Source: a virus | Lineage: Duplodnaviria; Caudoviricetes | DNA: 59,849 nucleotides | Strand: one strand, 5' to 3' | IMG/VR virus record: IMGVR_UViG_3300027672_000013 | Location: 1 to 59,849 of that record | In this document: positions 41,590 to 51,509 of the stretch, piece by piece | How positions within the stretch are numbered: the stretch's first letter is position 1 | Layout: the number at the start of each line of letters is the position of its first letter | Position numbers and translations under genes: made by a program | The notes under the pieces: model-generated | The model's database searches: none | What the model saw: only the letters and a program-made list of their open reading frames with translations | Told to the model about the DNA's origin: nothing

Positions 41590-44500
41590 TTAACAGCAAT
41601 CACAACCGATTACAGATTGAAGCATGTCAGCAGCGTTACCTGCGGTTAATTGCACCGAACTTGCATCGGCACAAACAGTAATGCTACCTTGAGAAGCTAG
41701 GCTTACAAACTGAGAACTCCTATCGCAAGCAGTATACCTAAAGGTTATCTGTCCTAATCCTATGTTTGAAACAAGTATCGAGCTTCCGTTAGCACACACA
41801 CAACTGCAACAGGCATCGCCTGCGCTAATGGTTGAGTAACACAAAGAAGTCTCCACAGGAGTCCTATAGTCCCAAACGAGATACAGATAGGTAAAGTCGC
41901 CTAGGTTTGCGGGCGCGGTAAAGCTTCCTGTAATTGGCTGAACCGTTGTCTGAGTAGCAGGGAATGTAGTCCCATTCAATATAACTGAAGCTATCTGATT
42001 CTCATCAAACAAAGTATCACTTGCCAAGTAATAGAATTTATTGGTTCCCGATGTGGTATTAAATACAAACGTATCTGTTGAGGTTTTATTAGAACCTAGC
42101 GTAACTACAGAACCGTTAGTTGGAATAGCTCCCGTGCCTTGCGGAGCGGTAATGAGCTGATAGTCAGACACCACTCCCCCACCTAACACTCCGCCTACGT
42201 AAGTAAATGTAACAGGAAACTCCTGAACAGGAGACTGATAAACGCCTCCCTCTACAAAGCTGTACTGATTGTGAATAGTTTGTAAAGTGTCATTAGCATC
42301 CGTTACTGTAGCCAACACTAAAGTCAAGTCGTTTGGCGCAGGACACGATACCGTTAGATTTAAATCTACAGAAGCGCCTGTCCCTGTTATTCCAATTACA
42401 GCCCGTGTATTAGTTACTCCTGAAGGAAAACTAAAAGAACCCGAAGCTGTGTACGGGCCATAAGTTGTTCCGTCTACATCAAACTCAATAGACGAAGTGC
42501 CTATAGGTGTAGGTAAAAAGAATGATACAGTAACATCTCCTGCAGCCCTGTTAAGGTCAACGCAGAAATTAGCGGGTGATGTAGGTGAAATAACAAAGTT
42601 GCTGTTAAAGCCACACGGAGAACAACTTGCCTCAACAGGAAGAAGCGTGGTATTATTAGCCAACACATACTCGTTCATATAAGGGTCGAAACCTCCTAAC
42701 TTCTGAGTATTGAAATTGGTTATAAACATATCCCTAAACCATGAGCGCATACCCTGTTCTGATAGTACTGTAAGCTGCTCCTGAGGGCCATTACCTCTAA
42801 GGTTAATTACAGCACCTCGTTTAGCATCTGTGAAGAAAGAATCAGGCCCATATTTTACAAAGCTCTCAGGGTTATTACTAATTCCGTATTCCTCTACACG
42901 AGCAATCTGCGTTCCAAGAACCTCAGGAATTGAGGCAATTGAACCGCCACCCGTACTATCAGAAAGCAAGTTCTTACCCGTAAGGACATAAGATATCTTA
43001 TCCTCCTGAAGAACTAGAATGTCAGTCTCTCTTCCGAAAAGAACTTCGATAGGTCCAAACGATTCCTCAAGAGCTTTAAAGTTGGCAAGGCCAAGGTTAA
43101 ACTCGTTAAGGCTGTTTACGTTAGACTCGTTATTATAGATGCCGCTGTACGTAATATCAGAAGAACGATGTGCTCTCTTATAATCCTGAGCGCTTACCGA
43201 AGTAACACGGTTACCTAACGCTAGTGTTCTACCTGCAGCGGAGTCTCGCACCCTGTAGCTCTCTATACCATTGCCAAAAGAAAAGCAATTAAAGAAAGCT
43301 GTGTCTACAACCCCGCTAATATCGTTTGCAATATCCTGATTGGTAACGTTACCGCTATGGTTTCCAAGAGCATCAATAGAGTAAGACTCGGAGCTTTCAT
43401 AAAATACATCAGGAAGTGCATCAAGTGGCTCTGTTTCAAATGCCACTACATTGCCGCCCCTTACAATCTCCCAAGTTACCTTAGCTTTAGACTCTTTTTT
43501 GTTGCTATTTCCGCAAGCCTCAGTTCCCACTGCAAGAAATCTAATCTCGTTTGTATTTCCTGAGCCTGTTCCTGTATCCCTAAACCATCGGACTGCGTAT
43601 TGATAATTAAATATGTATGTATTTAGGCCATAATTATTGTTGCTAGTATTGGTTACAGGATTTACCATAACAACATTATTAGGAGCGGCTCCGCCGCCTA
43701 CATAAGAGGTGCCATCATTTAAAGTAGAAGCAATAGCATCTCCTTCAAACCAATCAATAATATCATCGTAATCAAACTGAGAAGTAAATTGTTTGTTGTA
43801 ATCATACGTTCTTCTTCCGCATGTTGGCTTCTCGCCATCCCCCCTTCCAAGGCGAGTAAACTCCATAGTAAGTTTAATTATACTTCCCGCAGGAATAGAA
43901 GGAGGAGTAAAGACTCCACTACTATTAGCTGTTCCGCTTAACCCCGTATATTGAACAAGAGGAGAGAAGCCATCAAATCCTGATACAGAACTAAATGTAC
44001 CGGGAGCTATAAAGGAGTCAGCAGTAAGACTAGCATTAAATCCGGTGACTTTTATTTTAAGGTAAGTTCCTCCCGGAACTAAAAAATCCTCATTGTCGGA
44101 AAGTATAAAGTTTTTTTGCTCTACAGTTTTTTCAAGAACGGTGGCATAGATACAGTTTCTCAACGGCCCATCCGAATCTTTCTTTACTATCAATCGCGTA
44201 CCCTCCTGTGACTTAGCAGCATTCTCACCCTCTACCAAGAAGTAATTATGGGCTGTAACAGGGTCGTAAAAATACATGCTTGAGTAAATGGTATCATAAC
44301 CCTGAGCATCAGGTTTAATTACGAACCTATAGCGTGTGGCAAAACTAGGAGCTACTTGTGTAGTGGGTATCGTTACCCGTATGCTATTCTTGGTTACAGA
44401 ATCTCCACAAGAAAAGAAGGCTGTATTGTTATTACTTGTTAGCGCGGTAGTAGCACGACTAAACTTATCCATATACACTATACCAATCTCATAGCCTCGA

Positions 44501-46263
44501 TTACTATGTAAGCTAGATGTATTACTGACTGTTTGATAAAATAACTCTTGAACGGTTATCTCGTAATACTCATAAACATTAAAAACAGGAGTAACTGTGC
44601 TATTTACATATCGCATCGCAGGAAACTGAAATCCTATGCTACTACTTCCTGCGGTATGTAAGGTAACAATAGATGTATTGGCAGAAGTTACTCCGCTCTC
44701 ATACTCGAACACAGGCGTAGGGTTACCTCCCGTAAGTTGATTTCTTAAAGCGCAATTAAATACGTCAGTAAAAGTCGTTCCGTTACAGTATCCTGTAGGG
44801 CTTGTTTCTATATTGGAATCCGTACCTACTGCATTCTGAAACGATTCAGAATTAAATAAATCGGTAACAGATGAAAAAGCCTGTGGAAGAATATAACTCC
44901 AAGAAACAATTACACCCACAGTCTGCTCTGTAGGAACAGAAGTCATACCATCATTTTCAAATTGCTGATGGTTAAATAATAACGAAAATTCAAGTGCTAC
45001 TCCTGCGGTCAACTCAGTTTGTACACTTGATAAATCTAAATTTAAAACAGAATTTGAAACAATTAATGGTGTTCCTGAAGGAGTATATGTGTAAGAACCT
45101 GACGAAAGCGAGGTGCTTAAGTTTTGAAGACCTATGTCCTCTTTTATCTCAGAAGCCTGATATCCAATTTGGACAGGAAGCGCTGCTCTATCCACTAAGT
45201 TAAACCCTTCAACATAGTTGCCGTACATAAGACGGTTGCCCATCATGGTTTGAGCCTTGGCTAATAGAGGAACATTGTCAAACGTCCTAACAATCTCATC
45301 ACTAGGGAGAACGGTATATATCTTACTGTTCGTAAATGAGTAATTATAGTTAGTGTTGTCAACATAGCCCTGTTCAGACTTGTCAAATTTCTCAATAACA
45401 CGAATGATATTATTGGCTATTTCTTTGAATAGCAAGTCAACGCCCACAACTAAACTATCGCCTGAGTTAAAAGTGATATCACAAGTGTTATCCCTATTAA
45501 CCATCCCTTCATTTAAAAAGGAAGCTGCGCTTAAATCAAAAGGCTTTGGGACAAAAGCAGGAGCAGACCACGCAGAGGTAGCAGAGTATTCGTTCTCCGC
45601 ATATCGATAACGGTACGCAAAACAAATAAACCTCTCCTCTAAAAAATTCTCTTCACCTCCAACTTCACTAGACACCACATTGGGAGACTCAATAGGAGGA
45701 GCCTTAATAACTAATATATCATCATACGTTATAGGGTCATCTACATAGGCGGTAGGCTGCGGGTAAGATTTCTTAATGTTAATCCTACGAGGAGGATTGA
45801 AGTTGTCTGTAAAAAACAAAAGGTCGTCTACTAAATCAACTCCGTTAATAAGATGATTCTCGCTAAAGTTTAGCGTAGTGTTTACGCCACCACCGTCATC
45901 GCAGCTTACAAGATGGTATGTCGTAGTTCCGCTAATAGTATTGTATGATACAATAATATCTATCTTATCTGTAGCGCTAGGAGTAAACCCTGAAGGTTGA
46001 TGTACAAACCAATAGATAGTCTCTTCAGCACCATCCTCAAATGCGCCTATACATCTCGCATTGCTTCCAAGAGGGATATTGTTAAAGATTAAATCTACAA
46101 GCTTAGTATTGCCCTCAGAGTTTTCTACACTTCCAATATCACTTTGAGATGTAGAACCCAATCGAATGTTTAGAGCATCGGTATACTCTCCGTCAGGAAC
46201 AAGACGCTTGTCAAGCCCCTTATTCATACGACCCTTCAGAAAATTTCTAGTTGTAGTAGCCAT
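41590..46263 (-). CDS. Tail stabilisation/nozzle protein
   Basis: 1557 aa; MNKGLD.RL.PDGEY.DALNIR, LFFTDN.NPPR.IN, FAYRY.Y, GNRLMYGNY and YGIS.NPES motifs. Confidence 0.75.
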   Translation of the reverse strand: MATTTRNFLKGRMNKGLDKRLVPDGEYTDALNIRLGSTSQSDIGSVENSEGNTKLVDLIFNNIPLGSNARCIGAFEDGAEETIYWFVHQPSGFTPSATDKIDIIVSYNTISGTTTYHLVSCDDGGGVNTTLNFSENHLINGVDLVDDLLFFTDNFNPPRRINIKKSYPQPTAYVDDPITYDDILVIKAPPIESPNVVSSEVGGEENFLEERFICFAYRYRYAENEYSATSAWSAPAFVPKPFDLSAASFLNEGMVNRDNTCDITFNSGDSLVVGVDLLFKEIANNIIRVIEKFDKSEQGYVDNTNYNYSFTNSKIYTVLPSDEIVRTFDNVPLLAKAQTMMGNRLMYGNYVEGFNLVDRAALPVQIGYQASEIKEDIGLQNLSTSLSSGSYTYTPSGTPLIVSNSVLNLDLSSVQTELTAGVALEFSLLFNHQQFENDGMTSVPTEQTVGVIVSWSYILPQAFSSVTDLFNSESFQNAVGTDSNIETSPTGYCNGTTFTDVFNCALRNQLTGGNPTPVFEYESGVTSANTSIVTLHTAGSSSIGFQFPAMRYVNSTVTPVFNVYEYYEITVQELFYQTVSNTSSLHSNRGYEIGIVYMDKFSRATTALTSNNNTAFFSCGDSVTKNSIRVTIPTTQVAPSFATRYRFVIKPDAQGYDTIYSSMYFYDPVTAHNYFLVEGENAAKSQEGTRLIVKKDSDGPLRNCIYATVLEKTVEQKNFILSDNEDFLVPGGTYLKIKVTGFNASLTADSFIAPGTFSSVSGFDGFSPLVQYTGLSGTANSSGVFTPPSIPAGSIIKLTMEFTRLGRGDGEKPTCGRRTYDYNKQFTSQFDYDDIIDWFEGDAIASTLNDGTSYVGGGAAPNNVVMVNPVTNTSNNNYGLNTYIFNYQYAVRWFRDTGTGSGNTNEIRFLAVGTEACGNSNKKESKAKVTWEIVRGGNVVAFETEPLDALPDVFYESSESYSIDALGNHSGNVTNQDIANDISGVVDTAFFNCFSFGNGIESYRVRDSAAGRTLALGNRVTSVSAQDYKRAHRSSDITYSGIYNNESNVNSLNEFNLGLANFKALEESFGPIEVLFGRETDILVLQEDKISYVLTGKNLLSDSTGGGSIASIPEVLGTQIARVEEYGISNNPESFVKYGPDSFFTDAKRGAVINLRGNGPQEQLTVLSEQGMRSWFRDMFITNFNTQKLGGFDPYMNEYVLANNTTLLPVEASCSPCGFNSNFVISPTSPANFCVDLNRAAGDVTVSFFLPTPIGTSSIEFDVDGTTYGPYTASGSFSFPSGVTNTRAVIGITGTGASVDLNLTVSCPAPNDLTLVLATVTDANDTLQTIHNQYSFVEGGVYQSPVQEFPVTFTYVGGVLGGGVVSDYQLITAPQGTGAIPTNGSVVTLGSNKTSTDTFVFNTTSGTNKFYYLASDTLFDENQIASVILNGTTFPATQTTVQPITGSFTAPANLGDFTYLYLVWDYRTPVETSLCYSTISAGDACCSCVCANGSSILVSNIGLGQITFRYTACDRSSQFVSLASQGSITVCADASSVQLTAGNAADMLQSVIGCDCC

Positions 46264-46264
46264 A

Positions 46265-47191
46265 TTATTTTATCCACTTGTCCTGCCCGCGCAGATTCAT
46301 TAACAACTTACCGGGGTCTATGCTGCTCATACGAATCTTAGCGTTTCGAAGAAGGGCAGCCTTTTTCTTTTTAGCTCGATTCACAACGTACTCCTGAACA
46401 CCAAATTTTGCATCTAAAATAGAATATTGGATGTAAGCATAGATGTACTCTTCAAACATTTTGTTGAGACTTATCTCTGAATTAACACCATTCTCCATAC
46501 CATCAGATACATACTCAAGGATACATAGCTCTCCATTCATCTCTGAGCTAAAGTTAATTACCCCCGACTTCTTGTTGATGCTAAAAGTTGGATTGGCATT
46601 AGCCGTCTCGGTGTTGAGACCAAACCGCGCACCAATCTGATAATCAAACCACCACCCTCCATCTACATTGTACCCCTCCATACCATCGAACTGAGGATTG
46701 TTTTGATTGAGGTAGATGCTTTTCTTTTGACCTGTAATCCTATCATAATCAATGTCCGAGAACTCAGGACGAGCAATGTTTCCATCAATATCAAAAAGAA
46801 TATTGCAGTCATTATCTTGAAGGTAAGCGTTACTCCAATTCGTTTGGATGTTCTCGGTTAAAGGGCGAAGGACTCCATTCTGATACAGGGACATACGAAC
46901 CCAATTAACATAGTCAGGAGGAAGGACATAACGAAGTGTCTGACATACAGAAAGCTCAAGGATTTTTATCTCCTTAAGAGCATCATAGTTTAGCTCCTGA
47001 ATACCACGCTTCGCATGGAACATAATTTTGTACCGCTCCTCGTTATTTACAAGGGAGTGGTTTCCGCTATACATAAGAAGGAAGTTGGTAACAATATCAG
47101 CTAAGCTTACATACTGATACGAACCCCAATTTGCATTCTCAGGAGCAACGCCTCCATTCTCATAGTATTGATAGTCAGTAATATATGCCAT
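46265..47191 (-). CDS. Tail ring/adaptor protein
   Basis: LPPDYVNWVR and LEYVSDG motifs; gene position. Confidence 0.6.
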   Translation of the reverse strand: MAYITDYQYYENGGVAPENANWGSYQYVSLADIVTNFLLMYSGNHSLVNNEERYKIMFHAKRGIQELNYDALKEIKILELSVCQTLRYVLPPDYVNWVRMSLYQNGVLRPLTENIQTNWSNAYLQDNDCNILFDIDGNIARPEFSDIDYDRITGQKKSIYLNQNNPQFDGMEGYNVDGGWWFDYQIGARFGLNTETANANPTFSINKKSGVINFSSEMNGELCILEYVSDGMENGVNSEISLNKMFEEYIYAYIQYSILDAKFGVQEYVVNRAKKKKAALLRNAKIRMSSIDPGKLLMNLRGQDKWIK

Positions 47192-47196
47192 AATGA

Positions 47197-47946
47197 TTAT
47201 TGTTGTTGGTCTAATGTTTCCTTAGTGGTAGCATACTGAACCACGGTAGTCTCTCGAATTTCCATGCCCGCCATCTGAAGAATCTTATTAACTAAAATAT
47301 ACTCATCATCAATTGACAACTCGAAATCTTGATAGTCTGCCTGACTAGAATCAAACACAGGCTCTCCACCCGTCACATTAGTGAAGGTCCACTTAGGAGT
47401 AAATGGATATCTAATATACTGAGCCTCAACTGCAGTAAGAATATTGAATGTAGCAGGATATGCGGTTAAAAATGCTCCTGCTAATGTGTAAGCCGGATAT
47501 GTAGTGTCAGGCGCTGTTAACAATGAATTGTTTAAAAGAGTAATCTTACTATGAGTTATAGCTTCAGCCTCTCCCGTAAAAGTTCGCGGTGTAGTTGAGG
47601 TATCATAGCACAGCACTTTATTTAAAAGATAAAAGTCATCTCCTGTAGAGTTTACCCCTTGCTGTGTAGATGGTAAGTAAAACTCACTGTCTACATTGTG
47701 AGGTAAGTTTCTCGTTACAGAAAAGTAATCGATTACCTCAAGCATCTGCTTAGTCATATTGGCATACTCCGTGCCTGACTTCCTCATATTTTCGTTGTTA
47801 ATAGCAGTATTGTAATCAGAAAAATATTCATCGAACAACTCTAACTGTGCTTGTTTGGCATACAGATTAAAATCTTGAGGAGAGATATATCCGTAATTGT
47901 TCTTGTTTAGGATACCAAGAACTGTATTTCTTACCGAATTAATCAT
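47197..47946 (-). CDS. Tail tubular/head-tail connector protein
   Basis: LNKNNYGYISPQDFN..AKQAQ and YIRYP..PKW motifs. Confidence 0.6.
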   Translation of the reverse strand: MINSVRNTVLGILNKNNYGYISPQDFNLYAKQAQLELFDEYFSDYNTAINNENMRKSGTEYANMTKQMLEVIDYFSVTRNLPHNVDSEFYLPSTQQGVNSTGDDFYLLNKVLCYDTSTTPRTFTGEAEAITHSKITLLNNSLLTAPDTTYPAYTLAGAFLTAYPATFNILTAVEAQYIRYPFTPKWTFTNVTGGEPVFDSSQADYQDFELSIDDEYILVNKILQMAGMEIRETTVVQYATTKETLDQQQ

Positions 47947-47962
47947 GGGGGGGGCCTTTTTC

Positions 47963-48003
47963 CAAAGATAGATAAAAAAGAAAGGGAGCCTATTGGCTCC
48001 CCT
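47963..48003 (-). terminator. Terminator followed by a -7 element
   Basis: GGGAGCC-AATA-GGCTCCC plus TTTCTTTTT; then TATCTTTG (47963-47970). Confidence 0.65.
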
Positions 48004-48028
48004 CTTCTCTTACAATATAAGACTTAGT

Positions 48029-48781
48029 CTATTTAGCCGTTAGATAGTTCTCTAAAGACTTGAGAGATTCTAACCCTTCATCAGTAAGAAAGTACTGCTC
48101 ACACGCATGGTATGGGTCGCTTCCAAATGGGATGGTAATCATCTTCTTTTTATTACTTGGAGTACTAAACCAAATCTCGGTCTTGTCTCGTCTGAAAGAC
48201 AATAGACCATTAGAGAAGAACCCCTTAACATTGGATTGCAACGAAAGGTTAGGGTCGTTAAGAACCTGCAAGAAGTCACCCGGATTGTTCTTGGCAAAAA
48301 TCAATAAGTCTCTACGTAGCTCAGCGCTAGTTTGATTGCTAGGGTCAATACCAAAAGCTACTCGAACAATGTTTTCTACCTGCTCAATATCTAACTCACG
48401 GCATGCGATTAACGCATCTACCTCTGAGTTTAAAGTAGCAATTTCATCAGCTGCTTCCTTCTCTTCATTAATCTCTTCAAACTTCTTTCCGTTTAAAGGA
48501 TGAAGCGCAAGGAATTCTTGAAGCAATGGGTTAGTTCTTGGTACGTGAAGAAGACCATCAATAAAAATGATAGGCTCTCGAAGTACGTTGTCGTCCTGTT
48601 CGTCTTCAAAAATTGATTTCTGATTAGGAGAGTATCGCATTACACGATTAGTTCCTGTGTCGTCATCCCAATATAGAAGTGGGATACGGCGACTTCCCGC
48701 TGCGGGAATAAAAAATGACAATGGAGTAGCCTTTGTCATGAGTCGATAAAACCTATCGATAGGCTTGAGTTTCTTTTGCAT
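48029..48781 (-). CDS. Hypothetical protein downstream of the capsid gene
   Basis: Start moved to ATG 48781; the track's extension only translates the palindrome. Confidence 0.75.
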   Translation of the reverse strand: MQKKLKPIDRFYRLMTKATPLSFFIPAAGSRRIPLLYWDDDTGTNRVMRYSPNQKSIFEDEQDDNVLREPIIFIDGLLHVPRTNPLLQEFLALHPLNGKKFEEINEEKEAADEIATLNSEVDALIACRELDIEQVENIVRVAFGIDPSNQTSAELRRDLLIFAKNNPGDFLQVLNDPNLSLQSNVKGFFSNGLLSFRRDKTEIWFSTPSNKKKMITIPFGSDPYHACEQYFLTDEGLESLKSLENYLTAK

Positions 48782-48818
48782 AAGAATGGATTTGATTAGA
48801 TTAAAAAAGATAAGAGAA

Positions 48819-48842
48819 GGGTGGGGGTTTGAACCCCCACCC
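48819..48842 (-). terminator. Palindrome copy after the major capsid gene
   Basis: GGGTGGGGGTTTGAACCCCCACCC with a pyrimidine/T tract following on the - strand. Confidence 0.75.
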
Positions 48843-48861
48843 GTCCTTATCATATGATATC

Positions 48862-50313
48862 TTACTCTGTGAAGAGGAAGAAGTTGTTAGCACCTAAAGT
48901 GCAAACCGCTCGCTCAGACAAGAAGTGAACCTCCATCGCATCCAAAGATGAGTTAGACGCTCCGCCTGCAGAACCTGTAATCCAAGTCTTGTAACGACGG
49001 TCTTCAGTTTCTGAAGCGCGGTACCGGACGTGAAGGAAAGGTCGCTTAGCGTTCTTACCAAGAATTTGGTCATATACAGATGTAGAACCTGCAGGTACCA
49101 ACAAACCGTTGATACGTCCTGAACCTGCGCCACCCGCAAGACCACCACGCATTGTTGGGTCGTTCAAGTATTTCCAATCTGACTTATAGAAGTCATAGCC
49201 ACGACGGAATCCGGTGAAACCAAGATTCAAGGCCATGTCCTTATCGTTGTCAAAAAGACCATACGATGTACCACCTGCTCCGTAAGAGTTCTGTGCAGCC
49301 AACATATCGTCGATATCGAATCCGAAGTCACGGTTGACGAAAACTACGTTCTCTTCAATCGCTCCCTGCTTATCCAATCGGCTAATGATGGTGTCCCACT
49401 CTGCCAAAGCAGCAGGGTTACCTCCGTTGTAAACATTACCACGGTCATTCACTACATAGAATACACCTTCAGAACCCGCAGCAGTATTGCCTGCAACACC
49501 TGCAGCAGCATTACTACTCAAGGCAGCCAAAGCTCCTGAACCTACTTCAGCAGGAACAGCTTCAAGCATTGCTGTCTCCAAGTGGTCATCAAAACGAAGG
49601 CGAGTCTCATGCTCAGACTTCAAGTACCACAGGTATCCTGTTGCACCATTCTCAGTCGTTACTTCAACCCATCCGATTTGAGCCATATCAGAACCTGATA
49701 CCGCATACTTGTCCTTGAGGATGATTGGCTTATTCTCGAAGAATACGTCATCAGACTCTAAAGAACCAACCATACCTGCAGTTCCTTTAGCAAACTCAGA
49801 ACCATAGATAAATACAGTGTACTTACTTGCAGCGGCTGCGTTTACGAAACCTGCTGCGTCATAGAATGCAGCGGTAAAAGTACCGTTTGCAGTGTTAACC
49901 GCAGTCACAACAGCTTTGTATTCACCAACTACAGTAGTACCTGAGATAACAACAGTCTGACCAACCCGAATAGCGATAGCGCCTGAACCGGGAATCAATA
50001 CATCGTTAACGGTAAACTGAGCTGTAGTTGCTCCTGCACCTACAACCGCAGTTGTACAGTCAATGTACTTAACGTGGAGACGACCCTGCTCTGCCCACTT
50101 AATGAGGTCAGAGTTAGAAGGCATCTCGGCACCTACCATACGCAAGAAAGATGCGATAGTTCGGTTGCCATACCGCTCGAATTCTTTTTCATAAGTATCA
50201 GGGAGATACTGATTCAAGAAGTTGAAGTCGGTAATATAATTTGTTTGTAACGCCACCTGTTCAGCACTAGGTTGTAGTGCGAATGTGGGCGTTGCTGCTA
50301 CTTGTCCGGCCAT
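48862..50313 (-). CDS. Major capsid protein
   Basis: 483 aa; follows portal and an acidic scaffold, followed by a hairpin; KWAEQGRL and FIYGSEF.KGT motifs. Confidence 0.75.
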   Translation of the reverse strand: MAGQVAATPTFALQPSAEQVALQTNYITDFNFLNQYLPDTYEKEFERYGNRTIASFLRMVGAEMPSNSDLIKWAEQGRLHVKYIDCTTAVVGAGATTAQFTVNDVLIPGSGAIAIRVGQTVVISGTTVVGEYKAVVTAVNTANGTFTAAFYDAAGFVNAAAASKYTVFIYGSEFAKGTAGMVGSLESDDVFFENKPIILKDKYAVSGSDMAQIGWVEVTTENGATGYLWYLKSEHETRLRFDDHLETAMLEAVPAEVGSGALAALSSNAAAGVAGNTAAGSEGVFYVVNDRGNVYNGGNPAALAEWDTIISRLDKQGAIEENVVFVNRDFGFDIDDMLAAQNSYGAGGTSYGLFDNDKDMALNLGFTGFRRGYDFYKSDWKYLNDPTMRGGLAGGAGSGRINGLLVPAGSTSVYDQILGKNAKRPFLHVRYRASETEDRRYKTWITGSAGGASNSSLDAMEVHFLSERAVCTLGANNFFLFTE

Positions 50314-50331
50314 TTTTTCTAAATTTTAAAG

Positions 50332-51471
50332 TTAAGTCCTACGTGGACTACGAATTTTTAAACCCTTCCCGCTTGATTGCGAGACGGACCTTACCTGCAT
50401 CCCGTCTTTTTTAGTAGAAACCTGTGGGATTGAACGGTCAGACATATTGACATTCTTAGTCTTCTTCATTAAATCATCCACTGCCTCTGCCTTGCCTTGC
50501 TCATAAAAGAACGAAGCAAACTTTTCGGGATTCATTGCCATTGCTAAAGACCGGTGATAAGCATGAGCATCGGTTAGCAAACCCTGTTCATCCGTAAACT
50601 GTTGAATCCACGGAAGAGGAGAGTCCTGCATTTTTCTTAACTCATCTTTATCAGAAGGCGAATAAACCAAAGAGCGGTCACCAATATTGAATTCAAAACC
50701 TTTGAACTCTTGGTTAAACACTTGATTTGTTTTGTCAACAAACCAATCCCTTCTACGTTTTATCTCTTCCTCTTGATTTTTAGCGTTAGCTGTATACTGC
50801 TTGTACTCTTGGTACTCTTCAGAGTTAGAGAGAGAGGAATTTCCCACTGACTCAGCAGGGATTCGGTATTTCTCTTTAGCTTCTTCGAAGTAACCCTTTG
50901 CCTTTGCAATAATTTTCTTTTGCGCTAAGCGCGTTTTTTTAATAAAGTCCTCATCATCGAGTTCTTCGTCATATATATAGTCTTGAAGCATAACCTCAAG
51001 GTCGTCATCGTCCATACCTTCTTCCATCTCCGTCTCACGTAAGTAAGCGGCTATTAAATCTTCATTAGCTAAAGCAGAATGGTCTTCATTTAACTTCATA
51101 AAGTCCTTAATGCCTCGCCCTGTCTCTTTCTTATACTTAAAAAAAGCAGACATCTCTTCATCCATCTCCCCGTTATCCTCACGAGCAGACTTTAAATCCT
51201 CAAGTGAATTAATCTTCATGCCTAAACGAGAATTAATCTCGCTAAGCAGTTGTTCTTCTCCAAGCTCTACTTGTTCTTTAACAATTTCTTCAGCTACCTC
51301 CTCTTGATTTTGTTTAACGGGATTCCTTAAATCAATTCTAGCGATATCGCTCTCTTCAGTTGATTCAGGCTCACTAAATTTTGCTTCATGAGCTTCAAGG
51401 AGCTTGGACTCTTGCTCTTGAATTGATTGAGTCTCAATAGACTCTACCGCTTTTACTTGAATTCCTTCCAT
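50332..51471 (-). CDS. Capsid scaffolding protein
   Basis: Highly acidic and coiled-coil; lies between portal and capsid genes; FYEQGKAEA. Confidence 0.65.
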   Translation of the reverse strand: MEGIQVKAVESIETQSIQEQESKLLEAHEAKFSEPESTEESDIARIDLRNPVKQNQEEVAEEIVKEQVELGEEQLLSEINSRLGMKINSLEDLKSAREDNGEMDEEMSAFFKYKKETGRGIKDFMKLNEDHSALANEDLIAAYLRETEMEEGMDDDDLEVMLQDYIYDEELDDEDFIKKTRLAQKKIIAKAKGYFEEAKEKYRIPAESVGNSSLSNSEEYQEYKQYTANAKNQEEEIKRRRDWFVDKTNQVFNQEFKGFEFNIGDRSLVYSPSDKDELRKMQDSPLPWIQQFTDEQGLLTDAHAYHRSLAMAMNPEKFASFFYEQGKAEAVDDLMKKTKNVNMSDRSIPQVSTKKDGMQVRSVSQSSGKGLKIRSPRRT

Positions 51472-51509
51472 TTGATTTGATTTGTACGAAAGTAACTAAT
51501 TTATTCTAC

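Noticed and set aside
710-48842. Palindromes as a CRISPR array
   Set aside because: Spacing is irregular, hundreds to thousands of bases with whole genes between copies, and there are no cas genes.
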